Positions 37,301-49,397 of a DNA stretch of 64,000 nucleotides are shown in pieces. Made by a program: the position numbers and the translations under genes. Origin of the DNA: Phoronis australis (Eukaryota; Animalia; Phoronida); contig NMRA01000020.1 of the NCBI GenBank assembly GCA_002633005.1, positions 25,621-89,620 of the forward strand, in the 5' to 3' direction. Every line of letters begins with the position of its first letter. The first letter of the stretch is position 1. The notes under the pieces were generated by a model, which saw only the letters and a program-made list of their open reading frames with translations, was not told the DNA's origin and searched no databases.

Positions 37301-40300
37301 CCAAACATAATTACCATCGTCTTCAATAACCATTAATATTACGTCTCTGCTGCATAATCGACATGAATAAATAAAACTTCGTGTAAGGCGCAAATCCAGC
37401 AACTGAAAATCATTAACTTATAGATCTCACCTTTTCTTACCAGTTTCGTATACAAAATGCTCTCTAGTAACCTAAATAACATGTGGTCGTCAATGTTAGC
37501 TGATGTCAGAGCTCAGCTACAGATTTTGTCTTGCTAAGACTGACACTGATGTACACATGAAATCTGGATTTTTAGAAAGCACTCAGATCTGTGAACAACA
37601 CAGAGAATTCCCGTTTTTAAAACGAGTACAGGTCTCTTACTAGTGACTAACAAACACTACTATAATTATTACAAGTATATTCACTGAACATTTCTCTATA
37701 ACATTTTATGATGATAAAATTAATTATTTGACAATCACTCGTCAGTCAACTGACAACAGCACAATTCCATACAATTTCATACTTTTTGTAAATAAAACGT
37801 AGCACTGAAATAACTGTTTATTTTCAAGCTCTATTTCAATTTTGCTAGCACTGGACAATGTTTTTAAAAGTTGTGAACATTCACGATCATTTTATAATGC
37901 AAATCTTAAACCAGCGGTGGAAAAATAGATCACACACATATTAAGTCTGCCGGTCTTTTCAGACATATGTTCATTAGGTCACATGACGTGGCGTGCAGAC
38001 CAGCCTCTCATTCAGTAACTCTAGGAGTTCGCTAAAAAGTAAGACTTTGAAAATTACGTGAGATATTGCCATGTATTTAAACAGGTGACTTTAGCTAGAT
38101 TTTTGCCAGGTCTTGTAGGTCCTAACGTTACTGAACGGCACCCAGACTTAAAGACGTTTGTGATTCACAATAATGTTGGACGATTTTGAGAAAATCATTC
38201 TAGCAATTACATTATTGTATGAAACAGATGAGATTTTACAGGATTATGACAAAGGCAACATCAGGGAAAGCTGATCTTATCTCGTTGATTGTTTCATACT
38301 TGCAAAAATCAATATTTTGCACAATTAGACTAATCAACTCAAAATTTACATTTATACCTTCCCCGTTGTGCTCAGTTGGAAACAACTAGAAAATTTGCAT
38401 TCTTTCAATCTCAGGTCCTGCTCAGAACTTTATATTTCGTATTGGAAAGAGCTGCAGTTTTTTACATTTGAAAATTAAAATACGTATTTGTACTGGGACC
38501 AATGCTGCGCTGTTTGTCCTTGTCTGTGCACATATAATGTCCTTGTCTCAATAAGCCATCCAACCTACCACATCGTTGTACTAGTTTAATATCTATTGAT
38601 AACCTCCCAGCATAACTATTGCACTCATATAACTATTGCACTCATATGACTAATGGTATCACACTGGCATAAATCAACATGAGGTCAATGGGAGTCTGGA
38701 TTCAACTTCTGCCATGGATGACTGGATCAGGGAATAGGACCAGTTAAAGACACAATTAGGAAAACGAGTGAAATTTCATAAAAGACACAGTCACTTCACT
38801 GACGGTTTATAGCGGGAGGCAACTGTTTTTAATGTAATTTTCGGTTAAATTACGATTTTCTTATTATCCTATGTAAATTTCAAGTTTTTAATTAAACTCT
38901 CCGAGTTCTAAATAATTAATATGCAAACGTCAAGCCAGACGAGGCGATTACTGCCTGAATCATTCGCATCAGTTGTATTTGACACTGGATGTGCCGTCGT
39001 ATACTGTCTTTGGCTGAAAGACAACCCCCAAAATTTCCAAACGCTAATGCTTGCCGGATTAATGCAAAACCCTTTAAATGGCTGTCTAGTGCCAAGTTCA
39101 TTTCCAAAAACATACGAAACTTGCTTGCCATAACTAAACATTCCCGCAAAAATTTCATTTGATTACCAGACAGTGTCATTATCATTTTTAGATTAACGCC
39201 ATGTACGTCTGAGCCAAAAACAGTACATAAAGTTGTCGCAGAGTTTTCTAGCCCTTTCAAACATTGTACATAATATTTTTCATAAAATAAACATTTAAAA
39301 TAGAAAAAAGTACTATATTTTTACTGATGGCTACATTAACAAGCACGAGAAATGATTGATATTGGAGTGCATGTTTAGTGCATCGACATCAATTTATTGG
39401 TAAGTTATTATCTCTGTACACTGTACTCTGAAAATCAGCGGGCAGTTATTGGGTCCTCTAGCTTGTGGCAAGATTATACATCCAATGAATGGCCTTCAGG
39501 TGACATTTAATCAATACACTGATCTAGTAGCTTTTAAAGACAACTCAATGACCGGTATCAGGTATTACCAGAGCATATGGTGCTAGTCCTCAGAGAGACA
39601 CCCTATTTTAATTAAATTAGACTGCACACCAGTCTGAAATTAGTCCATTTTGTTCCTCACTAAACCTAGGAGTAATTTAATTATTCCATTAACACAGTTC
39701 GTAGTGTAAAGGATTTTGAAATTGCTGGACCACAATTTGGAAAATAAGGGAGGTCAAATTCAAATTAGAACAAATTTTCATATTAATGAATCTTTCATCT
39801 AGGCCCAAAAAATTTGCAAAGTACCACGTACTTACATTCATTAATGTTCAATCAGATTTTTACGAGCACCCTGCTTAAATTATTTTAGTAACTACACTTA
39901 GAGAATACAAGGACCACGTAATAGGGAGTTTTAGTCATCATGTTCAACAAACCTGGTGGTTTCAGCAACTTGAAAAACATTTCCAGTGAGGTAATCCCCT
40001 CAGTGTAGAGCACTGCTTCTTGTAACATTCAAACCACATTCACTATCACATCAAAAATGTTTTTGGCTGTTATTTTCAGTTGTCTTCAGAATTTCTTATG
40101 AATTTTATTTGTCTTCCACACTCCACTGGCCATGGTTGGATACCATTCAATTGACAGGGGAAAAATATGCCTCTAGTGAAGATGTTCTAAACTTAAAAGG
40201 GAAAGGTGATTAATCAAACGCATTACTTCCAAATGAACTTAATCCACTATTATGGAAGGCAGCAAAGATATTTGGATAGGACTCACTACAGCAAATGTTC

Positions 40301-43300
40301 CAAAAATCCTTCTACAGAGGGGTACAAAGGTTCAGATAAGTACACTTGGCATTGTGTATTGGAGATCAACAGAGCAGATCTACTAATAATTAGCGTATTA
40401 AGACCCTTTCATGCGTCAATTTTTGGGGAAGTTACAATTAGTATGAACAAGTAACATCCTTCTAGGCGCAAAGTTACACCGCGTCAGTTAAGTTTGCAGT
40501 AACAAGGTGGATTTAATGGCGAAGCGTTGCCATGTTGGCTTCGGTCTCATCAACATTATCAGCAGTAATGACTACAATAGCGACAAGTTGGATGACGACA
40601 GCGTCACTTACTGTTTACTTTGAGAAGCTGGTATGAATGATTTAACCAACTAATTCGCACTTCACATTGATGTTCCTCTCATGAAAGTCTTTAGACATTT
40701 TCGACATCAAAAGTAACTGAAAGTGCACTGGAACTTCTAAGTCGAGCATTGTGGTCAAGTTGGAATCAATAAGTCGAGCCCGTCAATAAGTGTAACAGTT
40801 CTAACAAACATCTTTTTCAATGTTTGTTATGAAAAATAAAAAATACAGTAACAGTTAAGCTCAGAAAGCACAAGAAAACATGATATCTGGGTGTCGTACA
40901 TCGTGACTACGACTATGTTCATCAGAATATTTTAGCATGAAATGTTTCAAATAGACTCACCTTTATGGAGACCTTATTACAGGTAGCCGTAACGAGCCTG
41001 AGCCAGGTAGGCAGATCCAACAGTTCCATCAACACCTGTTCATTCAGTTCAAGGTTGTTCAGACTACCTTCACCTTTAAATGTGCTCAATTGAATTTTGT
41101 CTGGCGATAAGTTCTTGGTAAACCTTAAAAACAAATAAAATCTTAGTACGAGACAAACTCCGCTGTACTGGAGATTTCCGAGAAACCCCTCGATCAGATA
41201 ATCCAGGTTTAACTACATGTCTAAACACAAACTGGGGCAAGGCGGAAAAGATCATCTCTGTTACGCTTCCACAATAGCATATATACCGTGATTTGCTAAC
41301 ATTCCACTTGGTTGGGACGTTTGCTATATGCAAGCACGCGCAGATGGGCTTTGCGTAAATGACTCATGCTGATCCAGTTTGCAATCTAATGTTGGGTAAA
41401 TGCGACTCAAGTAGAGCAAGTTGTGCCATGACAACTCGCACCATGTAAAAACAGCTTTATAGTCACATTAGGCACTACTAGTATGGTATGATTTAAAAAA
41501 GTTTCTCTCTCTCTCTCTTTGTTTCTTCCATTTCCCAACCACAGAAACTATGAATGCTTTTTACTGGTTGGGATTACAATAGGCTGGTTTCTTTTGTTTC
41601 GGAACTAGGGAAGCTTCAAAGATCATTGCCAATGCCCACAATTACTCAAAACAATGTATGACGCCAGCAGCAGTACAGAAATTTTAAACACTGCTTGAAA
41701 GACCATCCATTTATTTGTTGCTGCTTATCTTTGATAAATAATGTGAAAAAATAACAAAATTTCACTTGTCCACCATACTGTGTCCTAAATTAGTGAGATT
41801 GAACCATTTCATTTGAGCACAACACAACCAAATAACAAGTGTGTGGAACTATTCTGTTGGTATATATATATATATATTTGCTTCAATCCCCCCCCCATTC
41901 AACTCTCCTCTTATAGAAGTAGAAAAGTGCATTGTCAGTCCGACCTAGATTTTGAAATTTAAGGCCGACAACATTTCTGAGGTACAATAAAATCTCACCA
42001 ACTGCAATTACCAAAATAGCCGCTTTTATATCTTCAAAAGCTTCTAACATTGTCATGGATGTTCGCAATTTTTCAAAATATTGTCAGGTGGTATGTAAAA
42101 GCAGCACTTTCCGCTACATATCTTTCATTGGAAAAATCAAAAAATAAAACTTAACTTGTGAGATTTTGCCGTACGTCGGACAAATTAATTGATCACGCCT
42201 CACTCAGCTTTTTGAACATTATCATGACTGAATTGTTATATTGGCGTCAGAATGACAAATTGTGAAACTGATTTTGATGTGAAACGGTGGGCCAAGTGTC
42301 CCAGAAGGACCTACGTCATTGTTGGTATACCCCAGAATCATAGAGGGCACTGTGATATTAGAAGAGGTTGGAATTACAAATGTTGCATTGCCTTGATTTT
42401 GCACAGGTCAAGCTTGGAAATAATGCAGCACTCCTACTACCCAAGATTGTACCAAGTCTGGGGGTTAACATCACCCACTGTATTTCAAAAACTGTCTAAA
42501 ACTTGCATAATGATTCCCATTAATGTCAAATACAATGAACATCATCTGGGAAACTACATTCCAAGAAGATAAATCTAGACTTGGGAGAGGACTGACTTGC
42601 ACAGTGCTGCTAAAAATAGGTGTTCTTGACCAATAGTATTGCATCATTCTCAGATAACTAACTAACATAAACAGCATGTGGTAACATGTGAGAGGAAGAC
42701 CTGTAAACAATTGCTGGTTTGTGAATTTGTTTTGTAGGGAATTCCTCTTTTAGAGTCCCAGGACTCTGCAATTTCCCTTTGGCCTCTTGAAAATGTGTAA
42801 GTAAAAATTCTCTAGTTTGGGACTCTGCAGTGAAAATTTAATTATTTAATTTACTCAAGGTCAGAGCTTGTACTGAATTTTAGAATTAGACACTATTGGT
42901 GGTCCCAAAATTAAGAATTATGATTAAATACAAATGATTATTCACCTGGATGACACACTGTGAGGAGCAAGAAAACAATGCATCAGTTGTGTTGTCTGTG
43001 ATTTTATATACTGGTACTGCCAAGTCTATTTTCAGACAATGTTGATACAAACAATTTCTGATATTTGAGAAATATTATGAACGACAAAATCGCCCATGTT
43101 TAAAACTTAAGAATCAACAAAATTCAAGATCAGCTACAAAAATGGGTCCCAAATTTTAAAGACTGGCCAAACTGGAGAATGTTTACCATATCTCTACTGG
43201 TTGAAAATGGGCATCAGTGGTGAAACAACCACATGGTAATTCACTTATTTCCCACAAAAATAATGGACAAAATGATCATCTTTCTAAATTGAAATTCTGG

Positions 43301-46300
43301 TTATCACGCTGATATTAAAGGAAACTTTGTCAAATGTTTTAATTAAGAATTATTAGTATATTCGAACACATCATATGTTGGTTACATCCCACTGAGAGAC
43401 TTCTGAGCCCAGTCCAACAAGGGAAGAATGTTTCATTTCACCTACTGTAACTTGTCTAGATGTTTCAATTCTTATGACTGTCTGTATTGCCAGCGATGTG
43501 GCTCAGTGGGTTGAGCTCCAGACTCCCGTTTGGGAGACCCGAGAATCCTGGCTCTACTGGCAGACAATCAAGCATTGCACAAAGGTGTCTCCAGCTCCCT
43601 TTAACTTGGTCTTACTAGTGAATGTATGCAAGGGCATGAATGAGAACCTTGATATAATGCAAAAGTTATTTCTGGGGATGTTCCAATTTTCAAAATTTTA
43701 ACTTGCAACTCACTGTACACGTTTATTGGGATCAGAATGACAAATGTCAAAATGTAAAATAGTGACTACAGTAAAATCTCTTTAAAAAGTTACTGGCCCT
43801 TTGAGGATGTGGTCTCACAGTCAACTAATTCAAAAAAGCTCTATTGACTAATGTTGTTTGCCTTGAACCTTGTAGGCAATGAATCCGTGACCGCCCCATT
43901 CACTTTGTTTACTCATAGAACTCTAGCCTAGAGCTCTTATATGAACTGACAAAAATCTATTGGTTGAATCTAGTTGGGAGGAGGGGGGGGGGGGATTTCT
44001 TTTGTAACCAAAGCTTATGTGGTGTTCATGTTTACATCTCAGTTCCCAACAACTCTTCACCAAGAGTTAATATGGCAAAAGCAGGGCCAGCAACTTAGGA
44101 GTCGGCCACTAAATTTTCAAACTAACTAGCGGGCCAGCATTTATTTTCTGAAGTTCGAACACTGGCAGGACAGCACACAGGACCAGTTGAAGCTGAACCA
44201 TTTTATAGTCGAGAATGATATCACACCGATAAATCCCCAAAATGTCACATCCCATACTATTTCGATTTCATCAGAAATTAAAAAAATACCAATTTCAAGA
44301 TTCTACAACTTATAATTGCCTTCACATGCTGAATCTTTGCTAGAGATTCGTGTGACTTATCTGTCAGACATAGGTTCTTTGGAATGTTGTTTCTTCCATG
44401 CAAACATTGGTACCCCCAAGCATGCAAACCCAATAATCAGTTACACTGTTGGGATGGCCACCCAATAAATCAACACCACATCCTCCTTCAAATTTCACTG
44501 CATACTTTGGGGTTATGAAGATCACTCAGACAAGCCCAAAGTCAAGCTGCCATATGCTGTGTGGCTCAGACAGGTTACTCAATAGAGGTTGGGAAATATA
44601 AACAAAGGACGGCAGTTGGGTGCCCATTATTTTTCTTCTCCTCTTGTGTACTGAATGAATTTTTGCCAAGTTTAAATAACAAAAAAGTTTAATTTTCAAT
44701 GACAGATTTAGTTTTACATCTCCCAGTGTCTAAAATGGACGGGATAAAATGTTGCCATGAACAGGTGGTTATCACTGATGCACATTTCTGTTCCCTAAAA
44801 CTCCAAACAAAAGACACCAGTGATAAAAGCCCAGATAGCTGTGTTGAGTGACTATTGTAATCAGATCTGGTAAGAAGCACTACATTTGATATACACAATG
44901 TACCACATTATATCTCAATGGGTAACATGCAAGCCATTTTAAATGAGGACGGAAGCCATACTTGTGAATTTTTCATCAACTTGCTTAGGAATTTAGAGCA
45001 GTTGTTTGAAGGAAGCAGACTACATTGACAGTGGGTGTCATGTTTGTAGAAAATTTTTTGAGTAAAATTCAATTACATAGATCAAATGTTAATGAAATTT
45101 CAAGGTTTTGATTACCATATAATTATTTTGCTTGAAAGTTTAAAACATAGTTTTTCTGTGTTTGCATAATTGTTTCCATAACAACGAGTCACTTGAGTTC
45201 GCTTGTCATTTGCTCAAAATTTTTCATCCTTTTCGAAAATTTTTACATTTAAAGCTGTATTTCGCATTTATTTATCTTTTAAAGTTGAATTCTTAATGAG
45301 AGCTCTTTGGCACTTAAAGACATTACCACTCTTATTATCTTGAATTGTTGCTGAAATCAACAACTTTTAAATTACAGGCATTGCATATATGATCCATTTT
45401 CAAATCTGCAATTGAAGGGTTGTCAAAACCAAATTAACTCTGACGCATTTTCTCGAGTCACTGGCAGTTTTAATATTCTTATTTGTACTGGAAATAGAAT
45501 CCTATCACCGTAAGTGAGACAAATTTTATGAGAGTGAAAGGCCTAATTCGATTTTCGTTTTAAGCCGGCTAACTAGTATAAAATGCAGGTTTAATTTGAA
45601 CAAACAATACAAACACAATACAAAGCTAGGCTTAGAAAAGAGGGAGGATGGGGTAAGGATACATAAGTCAGTCGCAAGGAAAGAGAAAGGAAAGGGAAAT
45701 AAACTACAAGTCTATATGAAAAGCCTTCAGGTTCACAACAGTGAAATAACTATCGTAATTCCTCGTCAAGCTGCCCGAAATTTAATAGGGAACAATGGTA
45801 ATTATTTCACAGTCATGTGAAATTAGAAAAAGTAGTTCTGCGTTTCATGGTTGGGTAACATAGTTATTGCATGGCCGTATCATACATATGTACGATAAAT
45901 GGTGTCATCTTGTGTAGTTAGGTATGCCAACTTGACATATATGCACCACAAAATATGAACAAGAACAGTCAACGATAACGCAGCACAGGACTTAAAAATA
46001 ATCACTGCAATGGGTTGGTACATAACTCAAATGCACCTTCCGTGACTTAACCTGAGAAACATTGATTTTTTAATTTCCTTCTGGCCAAATGATTATAAAC
46101 TTTGCTAATATGTGCACATATCGATTGTGTGACAGCGCAGTGTCACTCTCTCACAGGGGGTTTGGGAAGAAACTCTCAAATTTTTGTTGAAGAAATTAGC
46201 CCTGATAACCTGAATTCTACTATATCTGCAGAAACAATGTAAAATAGTAGACAGTATAAAGTCCATAGGTGGTTCCACGAGGGGTCGCAGGGGCTTGGGC

Positions 46301-49132
46301 CCCTTTTTTCCTTGATTTTAGTCATATCAAATCTAGAATTTTCAAACTGTTGGCTTGGACCCCCCTTTAAAAAAATCCTTCATCTATCCATCTCTTTTAA
46401 AAAATCCTGGATCTGCCCCTAAGTATAAAGTCATTGTAGCGAGACAACATATAATGGCAAAGGTCACTACCATATTCGCCATACAGTGTGCTATCATCAA
46501 TCCCAAAATTTAAGGCTCGATTTTTTGTAATTTGTCCCGAAAGTTTACCAATATTCCCCTATTTCGGAAGCACAGGTGGTACTCGCATAGTAGGTATTCT
46601 GGACTTGTAGCTCAGACAGGTCATTTTCTCACTCATTCAGTTTCCTTTACAAACTTGCAACATAACATCCCTTGTTGCACATCCATGAATCCCTTCAAAA
46701 GCCGAAGGGGATGGTTTATGGAGCCCCAACTAATGGAGGGAATAAAACCTTAAAATAAAATAATTGCATGTGACCTGTTACACATTGTACCAGATGTGCA
46801 CAGGCCACTTAGTTGGGTCCACAAGGACCACCACACTTATAGTGCACTGATCACCTGGAAACATTTTCATGTTTTATTAACAGATAGTTACAATCAAGCT
46901 GAGGGGCTAGAGACCTAATTGAGGGTCAAGCAGTGTACCCACGACCTCAAGTGAAGGAAGCCACACATATTCTTCTTCAACAAAACCCTATAAAACCCTT
47001 TCATGACAAAACCCTATATAAGAGGATGACTTTTTCATGGAAGCTTACTACAAATGGGTCCCCTTCTTTCGAGTCCAGCCTCAAAATGGATGAGTAACCT
47101 GTGCTGCAACTGTATCATCTGTAAAAAACATAGAGTAAAGCCCCCCTGGAGACACCCCCATCTACATACCCTATGCCCTCAGTCTGCATCGTTTTTGCTA
47201 GGTTGGCGTCAAACAGTATGCGCTCAGATTACTAGTCAATACACCAGCAATATAGACCTGTAGATGCCTAGACGAAAAAGTGGTGGCCTTGACACACAAA
47301 TATGCCCTCATTAGCGTTCAGACATATGTCCCCTAGATTGTCAAAACTTCTACTCAGAACAACCAACTAATAGGCATGCACACAGATAATGCAACAAATT
47401 CCTGCTCACTGAGTCCATGATGTGAATATACAATGCACTTACACTCGTTTGCGTCAAACATTGAAACTACTTATCCCAAATATTCTCAAAAACGACTGTT
47501 ATGAGGAATTCGCTACCCAACAAGGACTTGTGGACCAACTAGTCATAACACTACACCAACAGACATAACCTGGGTGCAAAGTTGCATAAATAAACTGCTT
47601 TGGACTGATGTTGGTAAAAATTTGGCCAAATAAAATCAGATTGTTTTTCACTTAAATGGCTGCAGCGGGCATAGTAAGTGTCGGTTGACTTTCAGAATTT
47701 CCACGTATTTTGTCCGGTCGTTAGCTCTACGCTTCACAAAGATTATGCAGTACATTAATTGCCTGTGGGCGCCAAAGGCAATGGTCCTGTAACATGCAAT
47801 GTTCAAGCGATTTAGTTTTTGATTGATAAATATAGTGAACCAAACAACATGTATGGAAACTGTAATCATTGCCAAAGCTCCCAAAGTTTAGCTTTCATCT
47901 TTTGCCCTTATCATGCAATCGACATGTGACTGAGTAAATTTCATTGGTAACAGGGTTATACTTGTCTTAATTACAAGAGTAAAGGATCTAACATCAACAA
48001 AGGATGAACTTTATTGGCAGGTAAATCTAACCGTGTTGGGCTTTCAGCTCTTCTGGCAACTAATGGTGGGCAAGTTACCCATGAGTCAACTGCATGACAA
48101 GGCGATGAACAGAAATGCACAGGTGTTGTACATTTTTAGGTCTTTGTGAAATTAACACACAGCAGTTCCTAGCTGTATTTAGATGCCAGTCTTCATACAG
48201 CTAGCTGGCTACTTTACACGGTACTCAATGGGTGGGCGGGGCAGTTTACACCAAGGGAGCATATCTCAATATTTATAAAAAAACCTCTTATACATGCAAT
48301 AAATGGAATTCTTGCTTTCAGAGCTGCATTACAATCTAGTGAACCACTGGAAGTCTCGTGAGGTTGTCAGTCTCACCACCACATGATGCTCTTGTCGATC
48401 AACTGGATACCCTGCGATTGGATGTTGTCAGGGTCAAATTCAATGTAAATTCAATGCAATGGGACCCCAATCGAAAGGCCAGCCAGTTAATTGAAATGAG
48501 CATCACGTATTGGCAAGATCGATAATCTTGTGAGATTTCCGATAGATAGAAATACAATCAGGAAAGCAAGAAGTTACACCTTTAGTACGAACTTGTGACA
48601 TGTTTAGTATGACATCATTTTGACATTTTGGACCCAGTCAAATAAAATTAAAAAGGCGAAATTAAAAACAAGCTGGTCAGTCTTAATCCTTCTCAACTCC
48701 CTGGGAGCATAAAAAGTATGCAACCGTTGTGGAAGCACACCGATTAATGCAAACACGAAATTTTGTAAAAATGCCAAGTGCTAAATTGCTCTCGTGTTGT
48801 GGTTACCTGAATCAGAAAAATATAAAGGACCAGCAGTTTTTTGAAATGCAGTGTGACTGTGCATTTCTATTCCTATTCGTCTGACCAGATCGCATCATAA
48901 AACTTTCAGATATATCATCACTAAACACCCGAACAGTTTTACGAGAGGTTCAACAGACAACGATCAGAGCAATGGGCTAAATATAAATAGATCTCGATTG
49001 TCGTACTTTGCAACGTCGCACACCCCTAGATACGGCAATGCAAGTCTACGCATTCCAACCCTTTGCCTGGTCCGTTTTTTGAAATTACCTTGAGAGATGT
49101 TTAAGAATTTGATTCTTTATAATCGACGCCAT
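19396..49132 (-). CDS. BLTP3: Bridge-like lipid transfer protein family member 3 (UHRF1BP1/UHRF1BP1L/SHIP164 homolog); about 1484 aa, 18 exons
   Basis: Exons in transcript order: 49089-49132, 40961-41123, 36301-36339, 34795-34880, 33843-33951, 32984-33224, 31807-31970, 30773-30962, 30269-30364, 28575-29018, 28171-28277, 27299-27364, 25664-26738, 24133-24782 (acceptor least certain), 23165-23309, 21659-21921, 20565-20676, 19396-19856; total 4455 nt, phases consistent. The N-terminus MASIIKNQILKHLSRFTKNLSPDKIQLSTFKGEGSLNNLELNEQVLMELLDLPTWL...VPWTKLKSQAICL matches the chorein-N start of UHRF1BP1L as I recall it. Also present: YGFADRVIDG, LDDLLWVLTDSQMKA, FEHYPYHPAG, and a C-terminal coiled coil. 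Confidence 0.93.
20935..21315. repeat. 27-bp minisatellite, about 14 copies, in BLTP3 intron 16
   Basis: Unit GCAGAGAAAGGTGAACCA(A/G)TAATGA(T/C)T. It accounts for the repetitive ORFs on both strands. Confidence 0.95.
23882..24111. mobile_element. hAT-like MITE, with an inverted homologous copy at about 58247-58550
   Basis: Ends are CAGGGCTCGGAA and AATTCCATGCCCAG, with flanks TTAAAA/TTAACA. The interior aligns to the reverse complement of about 58300-58470, whose left end is CAGGGCTTGGAATT. Confidence 0.6.
32618..32745. repeat. Short tandem repeat, about 33-bp unit, about 4 copies
   Basis: GTGCATCCCAGTGCACTGTCCTCTAATCGTTGC repeated with few changes. Confidence 0.85.
33437..33668. repeat. 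Long inverted repeat / foldback MITE with a perfect 30-bp inner stem
   Basis: 33518-33547 (TCAGTGCATACTAGGTGGCGCTGTACACAG) is the exact reverse complement of 33564-33593, with a 16-nt loop. Imperfect arms extend about 80 bp further on each side. Confidence 0.85.
43488..43640 (+). mobile_element. tRNA-derived SINE relic
   Basis: A-box TGGCTCAGTGG, anticodon-like arm, and a degenerate B-box (GAGAATCC), followed by a non-tRNA body. A similar B-box relic (GGGTTCAAGTTCC) lies on the minus strand at about 14420-14460. Confidence 0.4.
46264..46421. mobile_element. Short GGATC-terminus MITE flanked by an 11-bp direct repeat
   Basis: Ends are CATAGGTGGTTCCA and TGGATCTGCCCCTA. AGTATAAAGTC occurs at 46253-46263 and at 46422-46432. 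Confidence 0.6.
48350..48540. repeat. Imperfect foldback (palindromic MITE relic) in BLTP3 intron 1
   Basis: TGATGCTC..TCAACTGG..CGATTGG is mirrored by CCAATCG..CCAGTTAA..GAGCATCA. Confidence 0.5.
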
Positions 49133-49397
49133 ACTTCTGTTTTTTAAGAGAAGTACTTTCAGTTCACTACGTCAGGTCGTCGCCATTTTCTCATAGTATT
49201 CATCGCCATCTACCGGTAGGTTTTGCGTTTACTTCCTCGTTTTTGACCAATCAAATAAATCCTGCCTAGATTCTGCGCTACTAAAATTTCACGTGCAAAT
49301 TCCCGCTACTGTTTTGAAAGTGCCTGTGCAGGTGCACAGGCGTGTATGCAGGTGAACGTAATTTTCTCTTGTGTCTCTGGTTGTTTGTGAAGGTGAA
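49133..49397. promoter_or_regulatory. Compact bidirectional promoter / 5' UTR region shared by BLTP3 and SSBP1
   Basis: Only 265 bp separate the two divergent ATGs. The region is CpG-enriched relative to the introns. It has a YY1-type CGCCATTTT at 49181-49189, an ETS-like ACTTCC at 49231, GACCAATCA (CCAAT box) at about 49245, and a CACGTG E-box at about 49290. Confidence 0.7.
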
